From: the human T2T-CHM13v2.0 reference genome, Homo sapiens
Reading direction: 5' to 3' (one strand)
Length of the DNA: 64,000 nucleotides
Assembly (NCBI RefSeq): GCF_009914755.1
Contig: NC_060931.1
Shown: positions 26,378 through 41,098 of the stretch, piece by piece
Numbering within the stretch: the stretch's first letter is position 1
Layout: each line of letters begins with the position of its first letter
Position numbers and translations under genes: made by a program
The notes under the pieces: generated by a model
What the model was told of the DNA's origin: nothing
Database searches by the model: none
Seen by the model: only the letters and a program-made list of their open reading frames with translations

Positions 26378-29030
26378 CAGTACCATTGTTTCTTTGTTGA
26401 CCTTCTGTCTTGATGACCTGTCTAGTGCTGCCAGTGGAGTATTAAAGACCCCCGACATTATTGTGTTGCTGTCTATCTCATTTCTTAGGTCTAATAGTAA
26501 TTGTTTTATAAATTTGGGAGCTCCAGTGTTAGGTGCATATATATTTAGGATTGTGATATTTTCCTGTTGGACTAGTCCTTTTATCATTATATAATGTCCG
26601 TGTTTGTCTTTTTGAACTGCTGTTGCTTTAAAGTTTGTTTTGTCTGATATAAGAATAGCTACTTCTGCTCACTTTTGGTGTCCGTTTGCATGGAATATCT
26701 TTTTCCACCCCTTTACCTTAAATTTATGTGAGTCTTTATGTGTTGGGTGAGTCTCCTGAAGACAGCAGGAATGTGGTTGGTGAATTCTTATCCATTCTGC
26801 CATTCTGTATCTTTTAAGTGGAGCATTTAGGCTATTTACATTCAATGTTAGTATTGAAATGTGAAGTATTATTCTATTCATTGTGCTATTTGTTGCCTTA
26901 ATACCTTTTTTTCATTGTGTTATTGTAATATAGGTCCTGTGAGATTTATGCTTTAAGGAGGTTCTATTTTGTTGTATTTTGAGGATTTGTTTTAAGATTT
27001 TGAGGATTTGTTTTAAGATTTAGAGCTCATTTTAGCAGTTCCTATAGTGCTGGCTTGGTAGTGGCGAATTCTCTCAGCATTTGTTTGTCTGGAAAAGTCT
27101 GTATCTTTCCTTCATTTATGAAGCTTAGTTTTGTTGGATACAAAATTCTTGGTGGATAATTATTTTGTTTAAGGAGGCTAAAAGTCAGACCCCAATCCCT
27201 TCTAAGCTTGTAGGGTTTCTGCTGAGAAATCTGCTGTTAATCTAATAGGTTTTCCTTCATAGGTTACCTGATGCTTTTGCCTCACAGCTCTTAAGATTCT
27301 TTCCTTGTCTTGACTTTAGATAACCTGATGACTATGTGCCTATGCAATGTTGTTTTTGTGATGAATTTCCCAGGTGTTCTTTGAGCTTCTTGTATTTGGA
27401 TGTCTAGATCTCTGGCAAGGCTGGGGAAGTTTTCCTTGATTATTCCCTCAATATGTTTTCCAAACTTTTAGATTTCTCTTCTTCTTTGGAAACATCAATT
27501 ATTCTTAGATTTGGGCATTTAACATAGTCCCAAACTTCTTGGTGGCTTTGTTCATTTTTTAAGATTATTTTTTCTTTGCCTTTGACGGATTAGGTTAATT
27601 CAAAAGCCTTGTCTTTGAGTTCTGAAGTTCTTTCCTCTCCTTGTTTGATTCTGTTGCTGAGACTTTCCAGTACATTTTGCATTTATCTAAGTGTGTTCTT
27701 GCTTTCCAGAAGTTGTGATTGTTTTTTATTTATGCTATCTATTTCACTGAAGATTTTTCCTTTTATATCCTGTATCATGTTTTTTATTTCTTTAAGTTGG
27801 AGTTCACCTTTCTCTGGCGCATCCTTGATTAGCTTAATAATTGACCTTCTGAATTCTTTTTTTGGCAATTCAGAGATTTCATCTTGGTTTGGATCCATCG
27901 CTGGTGAGCTAGTGTGATGTTTTGAGGGTGTTAAGGACCTTATTTTGTCATATTACCAGAATCGTTTCTCTGGTTCCATCTCATTTGGGTATACTAGGTC
28001 AGAGGGAAGATCTGGGACTCAAGGGCTGCTGTTCAGATTCTTTTGTCCCATGGGGGTGGTCCCTTGAAGTGGTGTTCTTCCCCTACCTCTGGGAATGGGG
28101 CTTCCTGTGAGCAAAACTGGAATGATTGTTTTTGCTCTTCTGGATCTAGCCACCCAGTGGAGCTACTGGGCTCTTGGCTAGTACTGGGTAGTATGCATAA
28201 AGAGGCCTGCGTTGTGATCCATCTTCAGGTCTTTCAGCCACGGATACCAGCACCTGCTCCAGTGGAGGTAGCATGGAAGTGAAGTGGATTCTTTGAGGGT
28301 CCTTGGTTGTATTTTTGTTCAGTGCACTGGTTTTGTGTTGGTTGGCCTCCAGCCAGGAGGTGGCACTTTTAAGAGCACATCAGCTGCAGTACTACAGGGA
28401 GGATGCAAACTTTCCCTAGGAATGCCTGGTTAAGTATTCAGGTTTATTAGGCAGTAGACAGGGCCATAGAGCTCCCAAGAGATTATAACCTTTGTTCTTG
28501 GCTACCACGGTGGGTAGACAAAGACCAACAGGTGGGGGCAGTGATAGGTGTGTCTAAGCTCACACTCTCCTTGGGCAGGGCTTGCTGCAGCTGCTGTGGG
28601 GGATGTGAGTATGGTTCCCAGGCCAATAGAATGATGTTCCCAGGGGAATTATGGCTGCCTCTGCTGAGTCATACACGTCACCAGGAAAATGAGGGAAAGT
28701 TGGCAGTCACAAGCCTCACCCAACTCCCATGCAGCCCACAGTCTTAAAGGCCAGTCTCACTCCCACTGTGACCCCACAACGGCACCAAGTCTATTTCCAG
28801 GCAGCCGGTGACCAGGGTTGAGAACTTGTCCCAGACCACAAGCCTCCCTACTGAGAAAGCAAGCCAACTCAGTTTTCTGGCATCTCAGGGAGACTGCAGT
28901 GGTAATCCAGTTCCTTCAAAGGGTCTGTGGATTCTCTCAGCTTTCCTGGTATATTCCTGAGGTAGTTCTTGGAGTGAAGGTTTACAATGTGAGTCTCTGC
29001 ATGCTGCTCTATCCATCTGAGCAGGAGCAG
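26378..29030 (-). mobile_element. L1PB 5' portion (5'UTR, ORF1, start of ORF2 EN), 3'-truncated, no poly-A
   Basis: ORF fragments MDPNQDEISELPKKEFRR, ISILTLNVNSLNAPLKR and MIKGLVQQENITILNIYAPN; L1PB-type 5'UTR at ~27950-29030. Confidence 0.85.
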
Positions 29031-31836
29031 CTGGCCTTTTACAGTGAGCTTAAACACTTTATAAATGTGATTACATAGTGCCAATTACACTAGTTTTATG
29101 ATAAATCTTGAAATAAGGTAATGTAATTCCTCCACCTTGTTTATCTTGGTCAATATTGTTTGGCTATTCTAAACTCTTCGCATATCCACACAAATATTGA
29201 AACTAACTTGTCAATTTCTACAAAAATGCTTGCTGGTATTTGGATTAGGATTGTTGTAAATTTATAGATCAGTTTTGGAAAAATAAACATTTAACAACAT
29301 TGAGTCATTCAATCAATAAACATGATGTATCTTGCCATTTAGTTATTAACAGATCTTTAACTTCTTTTAGCAATGTTTTTTACTTTCAGTGTAGAGGTCT
29401 GGCCCATCTTTCATTAGATTGATTCCTAAGTATTTGATATTATAAATAATATTTTGTAATTATTTGCTATTTTAAATAATATTTTAAATTATATTTTCTA
29501 ATAATTCACTGACAGTATTCATTGAGAGTATAAAAATACAGCTAATTTTTGTATATTGATATCTTATCCTGTAATCTTAATACATTTACCATTAATTACT
29601 TATAATATTTTTATAGATTTCTGAAGGTTCTCTACATACAAATCATGTGGTTTGTAAATAAAGATAGCTTTACTTCTTCCTTTCCAATTTGTCTGACTTT
29701 TCTTCCTTTTTCTTATCTTATTGTATTGGCTAGGAGCTCAATATAATGTTTTGTAGAAGTAGTAAGAGTGGATATTGGTGCCTTGCTCCTAATCTTACTT
29801 CATTATTAAGTAGGATATTTGTTGTTAGCTTTTTTGTTGTCTTTTATGAGAGTGAGGAAGTGGTGTTCTTGGGAACCACTTCCTAGAAAAAATCCTAGAT
29901 ATTGAAAACAATGCTCAAAAATATTACATTTTGTCAGATGCTTTTTCTGCATCTATTGATATAAATACATAGATTTTCTTTTATATTCTGTTAATTTTGT
30001 GAATTACATCGATTATATTTTGTATGTCTAAAAAAACCTTGCATTCTTGGGACAAATCTTAGTTGTTCATGATGTATTATTCTTTTATACATATATGGAT
30101 TTGATGCAGAAATATTTTGTTAAGGACCATCACGTTTATGCTTATGAAAGACATTGTTCTGTAATCTTCTTTTATTGTAATATCTTTTTTAGGATTCGGT
30201 TTCAAGGTTCAGATTGCCTTATAAAACAAATAGGGAAGTGTTTCCTCTGCCTCTATTTGAAAAAGTGCCACATGAAACAAGTAGAGGAGTGCATTCTCCT
30301 CCTCTATTTTTAAAAAAGTTTGTTTTGGAGAGTGACATTATTATTCTTTAAATGCTTGATATAATTCATTAGCAAAGCTATTTGGGAGTGAACTTTTCTT
30401 TGGTGTAAATTTTTTCAAAATTACAAATTCAATTTATAAAAATAAGTTTGAGACTATTTAGATTTTCTATTTTATCTTGTTTCAGTTTTGAAAAGTTTTA
30501 ATTTTTTCAAGAAATTTGTCCACTTTATATCAGTTGTGAAATTTATTGACTTTGAAGTGTTCATAATTATTTCTTATTTTCCTTTTAATATTGAAAGGAT
30601 TTGCAGTGAAAGTATTTTTTTTCCATTCCTGAGCCTTCATGTTCTCTCTTTTTATTTATTGATTAGATTTTGGTATAGGTTTATTCATTAATTTTTTCAG
30701 ACACTAATTATGACTCTACTAATTTACTCTGTCATTTGTTCATTTACTCATACTTTGATTTCTACTCTTATTTTTATTATTTGCTTTTTTCTACTTTGGA
30801 TTCATTTTGTTCTCCTTTATCAATCTTCTCAAGGTAGAAGCTTAGATAATTGAATTTTTTTATTTTTTATTTTTTTGCTTTTCTAGTATAGGTATTAAAT
30901 GCTATAAATTTCCATTAAAATATTGTTTAAATTGCATTTTACAAATTTTAATGTGTTGTGTTTGTATTACCATTCAATTAAGTATATTTCTAATTTCTTT
31001 TGTGATCTTTTATAGGTCCATGAATATTTTAGAAATGTGTTTTTTAACTTCAAAATATTTTGAGATTTTCTAAATATCCTAGTGTTATTGATTTTAAACT
31101 TTATATTTTTGTGGTCACATAATATACTTTGTGTGTTTATATTATTTGAAGTGTATTCAGAGTTGTTTATGGCCCAGAATATGATTTATCTATGTGTTTA
31201 TTTCATAGGCAATTGAACAAAATCTTTCTGAAATGTTTGGGTGCAGTGTTCTATAAACATCAAATTGTTTTAAAGTCTGCATCCTTACTGACATTTTTGT
31301 GTACTCATTCTATAAATTACTGAGAGAGATGTTAAAGTCTCTGTTGCTGTGGATTTCCTCTGTTTCTCCTTTTACTAGTCTCATTTTCTGCTTCTGTTAT
31401 TTTGATGCTCCGTTATTAGGTGTATAGACATTCTTGATTGTTATCTTGATGAATTTAGCCTTGTATTGTAACAAGATGTCCCAATTATCTTCAATAATAC
31501 TACCCTTCGTTTTGAAAACTACTTTCTGTATTATCAGTATAGTCACATTATGTTTAGCATTTGTGTGGTATATTTTTTCCATCCTTTTTTTTTAATCTCT
31601 TCTGCATCTTTATGTTTAAAGTATCTTTCTTATAAATGGTTATAGTTGGGTTTTGTTTCTGTATACAGCCAGATAATCTCTGCTTTTAAATTAGAACAGT
31701 TTATTTACATTTAATATGATTATTAATATGATTGGATTTAGTTCTACCATCTTGATTTTGGTTTTCTATGTATCCCATCTATTTTTTTCCTCCCTCCTTT
31801 TCTGTATCCTTGTAAGTGATTAAGTATTTCATTAGC

Positions 31837-32133
31837 TTTTTTTTTTTTTTGGACGGAGTCTTGCTCTGTCTCACAGGCTAGAGTGCAATGGTACAATCAT
31901 GGCTCACTGCAGCCTTGACTGCCAGGGCTCAAGCGATCCTCCCACTCAGCATCCTGAGTAGCTGGAACCACAGGTGCTCCACCATGCCTGGCTAATTTAA
32001 AAAAAAATTATTTGTAGAGACAAGGTCTCACTACATTGCCCAGGCTGGTCTCAAACTCCTGGGCTCAAGCAATTCTTTTGCCTCGGCCTGTGAAAGTGTT
32101 GGGATTACAGGACGAGCCACTGCACCCAACAGC
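31837..32133 (-). mobile_element. AluJ
   Basis: Alu consensus with J diagnostics (gggctcaagc). Confidence 0.9.
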
Positions 32134-32499
32134 CTTTTAACTATACCTATTTTTGTTATGAAATTTCTCTATAGATGATTCTGTGAATCATTTGTTTAGC
32201 AACGTGTTTTAAAATAATAACTACTTCACGAACAAGGTAAGAACACTACAATAGTATCATTATATTTATCTCACTCCCCTCCTCTATGCTCCTGTTGTCA
32301 TATATTTTATTGCTACATATGCTCCAAACTCTATAATTCATTGTTATAATTGTTTTAAACAATTAATGTTTTTTAAAAAATTAATAACATGGCCATTTAA
32401 TGTTTTAAATAGTTTCCATCTCTGTTAAAACTCCCCATTTTCCACACATATTGTACGTCTTTTCCCCAGACTCTTATGCATTTAAAAAATGGACAATTA

Positions 32500-34945
32500 T
32501 CTTCTTTTGAGAATTGTCTATTCATGTCCTTACCCAATTTTTGATGAGATTGTTTGTTTTTTTCTTGCTAATTTGTTCTGAATTTGTTGTAGATTCTGGA
32601 TATTAGTCCTTTGTCAGATGTGTAGATTGTGAAGATTTTCTCTCACTCTGTGGGTTGTCTGTTTACTCTGTTGACTGTTCCTTTTGCCATGCAAAAACTC
32701 TTTAGTTTAATTAAGTCCCACTTATCTTTGTTTTTATTGCATTTGCTTCTGGGTTCTTGGTCATGAAATCCTTGCCTAAGCCAACGTCTAGAAGGGTTTT
32801 TCAGATGTTATCTTCTAGAATTTTTATAGTGTCAGGTCTTAGACTTAAGTCCTTGATCCATCTTGAGTTGATTTTTACATAAGGTGAGAGATGAGGATCC
32901 AGTTTCATTCTCCTACATGTAGCTAGACAATTATCCCAGCACCAGTTGTTGAATAGGGTGTCCTTTCCCCACTTTATGTTTTTGTTTGCTTTGTGGAAGA
33001 TCAGTTGGCTGTAAGCACTTGGGTTTATTTCTGAGTTCTCTATTCTGTTACATTGGTGTATGTGCCTATTTTTATACCAGTACCATGCTGTTTTGGTGAC
33101 AATGGCCTCATAGTATAGTTTGAAATCAGGTAATGTGATGCCTCCAGATTTGTTGTTTTTGCTTAGTCTTGCCCCTTTGGCTATGTGGGCTCTTTTTTGG
33201 TTCCATATGAATTTTAGGATTGTTTTTCCTAGTTCTGTGAAGAATGATGATATTTTGATGGGAATTGCATTGAATTTGTAGATTGCTCTTGGCAGTATGG
33301 CCATTTTCACAATATTGATTCCACCCATCCATGACCATGAGATGTGTTTCTATTTGTTTGTGTCAACTATGATTTCTTTCAGCAGTGTTTTGTAATTTTC
33401 CTTGTAGAAGTCTTTCACCTTTTTGGTTAGGTATACTCCTAAGTATTTTATTTTATTTGCAGCTATTGTAAAAGTGCTTGAGTTCTTGATTCGATTCTCA
33501 GCTTGGTCACTGTTGGTGTATAGCAGAGCTGCTGATTTGTGTACATTAATTTTGTATCCTGAAGCTTTGCTGAATTCATTTGTCAGTTCTGGGAGCTTTT
33601 TGGAGGAGTCTTTAGGGTTTTCTGGTTGTACAATTATATCATCAGCAAACAGCAACAATTTGACTTCCTCTTTTCTTATTCTTGTCTGATTGCTCTGGCT
33701 AGCATTCCCAGTACTATGTTGAATAGAAGTGGTGAGAGTGGGCATCCTTGTCTTGTTCCAGTTCTCAGACGGAATGCTTTCAACTTTTTCCCATTCAGTA
33801 TTATGTTGGCTGTGGGTTTGTCATAGATGGCTTTTATTACCTTATGTCCCTTGTATGCTGATTTTGCTGAGGGTTTTAACCATAAAGCGATGCTGGATTT
33901 TGTCAAATGCTTTTTCTGCATCTATTGAGATGATCATGTGATTTTTACTTTTAATTGTGTTTATGTGGTGTATCACGTTTGTTGACTTGCATACGTTAAA
34001 CCATCCCTGCATCTCTGCTATGAAACCCACTTGATTATGGTGGATTATCTTTTTGATATGTTGTTGGATTCGGTTAGCTAGTATTTTGTTAAGGATTTTT
34101 GCATCTATGTTCATCAGGGATATTAGTCTGTAGTTTTCTTTTTTGTTAGAAGATATGCAAATGGCCAAAAAACATGTGAAAAAATGCTCGACATCACTAA
34201 TGATCAAGGAAATGCAAATCAAAACCACAATGTGATACCACCTTACTCCTACAAGAATGGCCATAATACAAAAAAAAAAAAAATAGATGTTGGTGTGGAT
34301 GCAGTGAAAAGGGAACATTTCTACACTGCTGGTGGGAATGTAAACTAGTACAACCACTATGGAAAACAGTGCGGATATCCCTTAAAGAACTAAAAGCAGA
34401 ACTACCATTTATCCAGCAATCCCACTACTGGGTATCTACCCAGAGGAAAAGAAGTCATTATACAAAAAGATGCTTGCACATGCATGTTTATAGCAGCAAA
34501 ATTTGCAATTGCAAAAATGTGGAACCAACCCAAATGCCCATCAAACATTGAGTGGATAAAGAAAGTGTGCTATGTATATACTATGGAATACTACTCAGCC
34601 ATAAAAAGGAATGAATTAATGGCATTTGCAGCAACCTGGATGGGATTGGAGACTATTATTCTAAGTGAAATAACTTAGGAATGGAAAACCAAACATTATA
34701 TTTTCTCACTCATAAGTGGGAGCTAAGCTATGAGGATGCAAAGGCGTACATAGTGGACTTTGGGGACTCAGAGGGAAATGGTAGGAAGGGAGTGAGGGAT
34801 AAAAGGCTACAAATTGGGTTCAGTGTATACTGCTCAGGTGATGGGTGCACCAAAATTTCACAAATCACCACTAGAGAACTTACTCATGTAACCAAATACC
34901 ACCTGTGTCCAAAAAACCTGTGGAAATAAAAAAAATTTTAAAAAT
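32500..34945 (+). mobile_element. 5'-inverted (twin-primed) L1PB: inverted 32500-34147, sense 34148-34945
   Basis: TSD aaaaatggacaatta (32485-32499) / aaaaatggacaacta (34946-34960); L1PB-type 3'UTR; RT fragments ([14 protein letters not shown]) on the minus strand. Confidence 0.92.
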
Positions 34946-34960
34946 AAAAATGGACAACTA

Positions 34961-35340
34961 AAAATGGTGTGTATATATACACACACATACATATGGTGTA
35001 CAATATGATGTTTTGAAATATGTATACATTTGTGAAATGGCTAAATGAAGCTAATTAACATATGGATTATTTCATGTGCGTACCCTATCTTACGGTGAAA
35101 ACACTTAAAATCTACTTTCTTAACAATTTTCAAAAATACAGTACACTGTTATTAACTATAGTTACCATCTTGTACAATAGATCTCAAACTTATTCCTCCT
35201 GCCTCACTAGAATTTTGTGTCTTTTGACTAACATCACCTTAAATCCCCCTAACTCTCACCAACTTCCACCACAGCCTCTGGTCACCACCATTCTACTATA
35301 TTAATATGAGTTTGACTTTTTTAGATTCTTCATATAAGTG
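34961..35340 (-). mobile_element. L1MA 3' end
   Basis: gaaatggctaaatgaagctaattaacat...aacacttaaaatctact. Confidence 0.75.
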
Positions 35341-35554
35341 AATTCTTTGATATATTTAATGTATTCTATTTATCATATAGTTGCTGTCTAGATAAAGCTA
35401 ACATCTGGGTCTCTATTTACTGTTCCTCTCTTGACCATGTGCCACATTTTTTCTTGCTATCTTATGATGTTTTAATTCTTTATGTTGGGCAATGTGTGTA
35501 AAAGTACAGTAGTGTCTGAAGTAAATAATGTTTGCCCACAGAAAAGGTTATGTT

Positions 35555-35885
35555 GGCCAGGAGTGGTGGCTCATGCCTGTAATGCCAGCACTTTGGGAGG
35601 CTGAGGTGGGTGGATCACCTGAGGTCAGAAGTTAGAGACCAGCCTGTCCAACATGAGGAAACCCTGCCTCTACTAAAAATACAAAAAATTAGCTGAGTGT
35701 GGTGGCACATGCCTGTAGTCTCAGCTACTCAGGAGGCTGAGATGAGAGAATTGCTTGAACCTGGGAGGTGGAGGTTGCAGGGTTGCAGTGAGATGAAATC
35801 GCACCACTGCATTCCAGCCTGGGTGACAGAGTTAGACTCCACCTCAAAAACAAACAAACAAACAAACAAACAAACAAACAAAAAC
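35555..35885 (+). mobile_element. AluS with (AAAC)n tail
   Basis: Alu consensus; degenerate TSD aaaaggttatgt / aaacagttatgt. Confidence 0.93.
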
Positions 35886-35926
35886 AGTTATGTCCCTTTG
35901 ATCATACTATTAGCATAAAAGACTGA

Positions 35927-36198
35927 TGCCAGGTGTTGTGGCTCATATCTGTAATCCTACCACTTTGGAGGCCGAGGCAAGCAGATCACCTGAGGCCATG
36001 AGTTCAAGACCAGCCTGGCCAACATGGTGAAACCCCGTCTCTACTGAAAATACAAAAATTAGCTGGGCATGGTGGCATGTGCCTGTAATCCCAGCTACCT
36101 GGAAGGCAGAGGCTGCAGTGAGCTGAGATCCCACCATTGCACTCAAGCCTGGGTGACAGAGCAAGACAGTCTCAAAAAAAAAAAAAAAAAAAAAAAAA
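35927..36198 (+). mobile_element. AluS with a ~30-bp right-arm deletion
   Basis: cccagctac joined directly to ctggaaggcagagg; poly-A tail. Confidence 0.92.
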
Positions 36199-36643
36199 GA
36201 ATCTGAGTCAATGAAAGGTTATATTTGAGCAAGGTTTGATCCAGTTTGATCCAATTCACCACTGGCTTCGAATGTTTTGAGAATGGTATCAGGACTATCC
36301 TTTCATCAGGTCTTGGGATCTGAGCATTAGTGAGACTTAAAAAAACAAAACAAAAATCCTTTTGATACTTTGTAGCCCTGTTGCCGGCTTTCTGAACCAT
36401 GGGAGGGTTTTCTTTCTTTCCGCTTTGCAGACAACTGCCAGCTTGGGTTTGGGGTCCTGCTCCTGGGTTTTTGCAACTTGGGAGACCTCTCTCCACCCTT
36501 GGGCCCTGGTTTCAGTCTTAGGAAGGCCACTGTGCTGCACTTATGTCCCTTAAGGGATTTTTCTCAGCTCTCCTTTCCTGTACCCAGCCTTTGGCAAACC
36601 ACTGTCTCTCACTTGGGGAAGGTCCTCTGTACCCCAAGATGAT

Positions 36644-37316
<673 letters not shown>

Positions 37317-37633
37317 TAATGGAGGAAAATGATACCTTGGTGTTTTAATTTACATTCTTATTCTCTGGGAACCAAACGTCGCAAATCTTTTTTTGCTAGT
37401 TACAGCACTTCTTTTGTAGGTATATTTTGCCCATTGATATTTTAGAGTCCTAACTTTTTTTCTGAGCAATATATATTAGATGTTAAATATTAAACATAGT
37501 GCCTATTTGTTATGTTTGCAGAAACTTTTTTTATTTGCTGTTTGGTTCTGTATTTTACTTTTTTTGTAGTCAAACCTATAGAATTTACTCTTTCTTTTTA
37601 TGCCTTGCATTTTTTCTAAACTTGTAAAGTTCC

Positions 37634-37987
<354 letters not shown>

Positions 37988-38547
37988 TGAGATTTTGATG
38001 TTTCGAAAGAAAACATTTAACTTCCACCCAACTGGAATTTATTTCAGTGCGTACATGAAGTGAGATTTTGAAATTACTGTTTCTTCAAATTGGTAGTTAA
38101 TTGTCCTAACACCATTTATTGGGTAATCCTTTCCTTCCCTCATTGAGCTGTAATGAATCCTACATCTTTGTACATAATCAGGTCCATTTCAGTGCCATCT
38201 GTTCTATTACAGTGATCTCTGGTCCTGGACAGATACAGATGTATTTTTGAAACTGCAAAACCACAGAGCTAAATGTGGACTTGATACAGCCTCCTCTGGG
38301 CCCAGGAGTCACTGTGAAAGCATCTTAAAGCAGTTATTTAACTTTTATTTATTATTGATTCTATTATTTGATGGTTTAATTCATAAATCTCCCCTCCCCC
38401 AATTAAAGCTCTTTGAGGGCTGTAATTGTCCTTGACAGTGTTAAATTCTTCCTGAGCCCCATCCTCCTTGGAAACAGCAATGGCTAAGTCCCCTCTTCCC
38501 TTTGTGTTCTGGAAATGGCTTACTGAAAAGAACAAACATTCCCAATG

Positions 38548-38833
38548 TTTCTCAGTTCTCCTGCCTTGCCTTTAGACTTTGGCCTATTGCCCCTTGGCAC
38601 TTGAGGAAGAACTGTGAGAAAGCATTGGCATGTAGCAGGAGTAGACTGGCTCTGTTGCTAGGGCTTTTGGGGATTCTAATCGGTTCCTTTCTTTCCTTCC
38701 TTTCCCTCCCTCCCTCCTTTATTTCTGTCTTTCCTTCTGTCTTTCTTCCTTTCTTCCTTTTCTTTTCTTTCTCTTCTTTCTTTCCTGATGGAGTCTTACT
38801 CTATTGCCCAGGCTGGAGTGCAGTGGTGTAATC
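38548..38833 (+). repeat. Inserted copy of 36644-36929
   Basis: Ends abruptly ~47 nt into the Alu body, followed by aagatccaagtatccatgtatccaag. Confidence 0.95.
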
Positions 38834-39164
38834 AAGATCCAAGTATCCATGTATCCAAGATTCATGGATAACCCCCTCACTTACCTATGAACGGCCCAGA
38901 CACAGACCCTGGTCTCAACATGAACAGCTGGACTATTGATTCCTACAGATAAATCTGAACAAAATACCCGCTAACTTGTCTTGGTCAAACTTTAGTTACG
39001 TTTCTCCTCTCCCCACAGGCCACTGAACCTTGACCCAGAGAAATAGCCCCACTTCAGGATCCCTCCTGAAAATAGGGCAACAACAAAGAAAAAGTCTTTC
39101 TTCAACTGTCTGATAACGCCATCATACCCGTTCTTGTTTACTCCTCCTTATAAAAGTTAAACCT

Positions 39165-39434
<270 letters not shown>

Positions 39435-39849
39435 CTAAGCCTCTTTCTGCCTGAAGCTTTTAAGGTCAGACAGTTCTCCCTGTGACCATAGTCTCCTTCC
39501 CTCTATCGTAAGAGTCTTTTCATTTCATGTTATTATTTACCGCTTGAGAAAAGATAGTGTCTTCCTGCTCACCACTATGACCTCAGCATCTAAGCAATTC
39601 CTGGAACAGTCAGTGATTAATAATGGCTCAATGAATGGTTCATGCTAGTGTTTTTAAAAATTGTATTGAAAGAAAAAAATCAAATAGTTCAGAATGGTGT
39701 GAAATAAAGTATAAAATCTCCCTTACCCTTAAGTTGTATTCTTTGGAAGTCACCACTATTCATATTTCTTTCATATCCTCTAAGAAGTTTTCTATGCTTA
39801 TGTGGAAAAAGATGTGTGTGTGTGTGTGTGTATTGCAGATGCAATTATT

Positions 39850-40780
39850 TACACTTAAATATTCTTTAACTTTGTCTTTTATTTATCAATCATATGTATT
39901 CATATATGTTGAATGATGCCTTCTCTATCAGTATATATACAGATAGCTCATTCTGCCTAATAACAGCATAGTATTCCATTGTGTGGGTGTGCCATAATTT
40001 ATTTAAGTTATTTTGTTCCAGGTTTTTGATATTATAAACAACACTGCTGTAAATATCCTATGTATATATTTTAATCCACCTGTGTAAATATGTGTACGAG
40101 GATACATTCCTATAGTAGAAATATTTAAGAATTTCACATTTTGGTAGATTATCAACTTATCTTTTAAAGAGAGTGCATCAAATTATATTTCTACCAAAAA
40201 ATGAAGAGAACAAATTTTTCTCTAAATTCTGGTCATAATTGGATACTAATTTGCCTTTATTATAGATGAAAAATGGAATGTAGCTACTAACATAGTTTAC
40301 ATTTCTTTAATTGTGTAAGATTGAGCATCTTGGTTATTGGCCAATACTTATTAGATTTTTTCTTATTGATTTTAAAGAGCTCTTTTTATATCAAATAAAT
40401 TAGTTTGCCTGTCATATATGTTGCAAATATTTTACTCATTTGTCTTGATTTTGTAAATGCTATTTTTTGCCATAATTTTTTTTTTGTATTTTTATACAGT
40501 AAATTATATTAATCTTTTCTTGTATATCTTCTACATTACTTTCAATTCAATGTATTGGCAGAGCATACTTTACTTAAGATCAACATTTATACATATTTAA
40601 GTTGTTTTAAATTTTTAAATTATTTTAAATAATACTGGCAGGTACATATTCATATTCATGGTTGATTACTTCTTTTGGGCAAATTCCTGAGAGTATTGAT
40701 TTGGAGTCAAAAGATATGAAGGTTTTAAACATTTGATAGGTATTGCCAAATCAAGGCCACCAATTTTTATCCCCATCTGG
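39850..40780 (-). mobile_element. L1ME-like relics
   Basis: gcatagtattccattgtgtgggtgtgccataatttattta; boundaries approximate. Confidence 0.55.
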
Positions 40781-41098
40781 GTCCACTTATCTACTAGGTC
40801 AGTAGAAATACCTTAAAAAAAAATTCCAGAAGAGTTAAATGCAGGAGCTAGAAAAGGGATGGGGAGCAGGAATATGGGGAGCCCATGGCAGAAGGGCACT
40901 TTAAGAAGATTTATGGTAGCATTTTTATCACTTAGCTTTTACTCCTTCTGGCATAGTTTGCTGGAGGGGTTTATCTGGTATCCTTGAAGCTTTGGAAGTT
41001 GGGGTGGGGATTAATTAGAACCTTACCTTATAGTTGGGTTTGTACACAACCGTGGAGACTCTCATATCAGGCAGCAATGAGAGACCCTTTTTACTCCA

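Larger units (their letters stand above)
25200..32450 (-). mobile_element. Old L1M (L1ME-like) long relic hosting an L1PB fragment and an AluJ
   Basis: T-rich degenerate ORF2 antisense sequence (e.g. ttttctgcatctattgat); colinear across the inserts. Confidence 0.7.
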
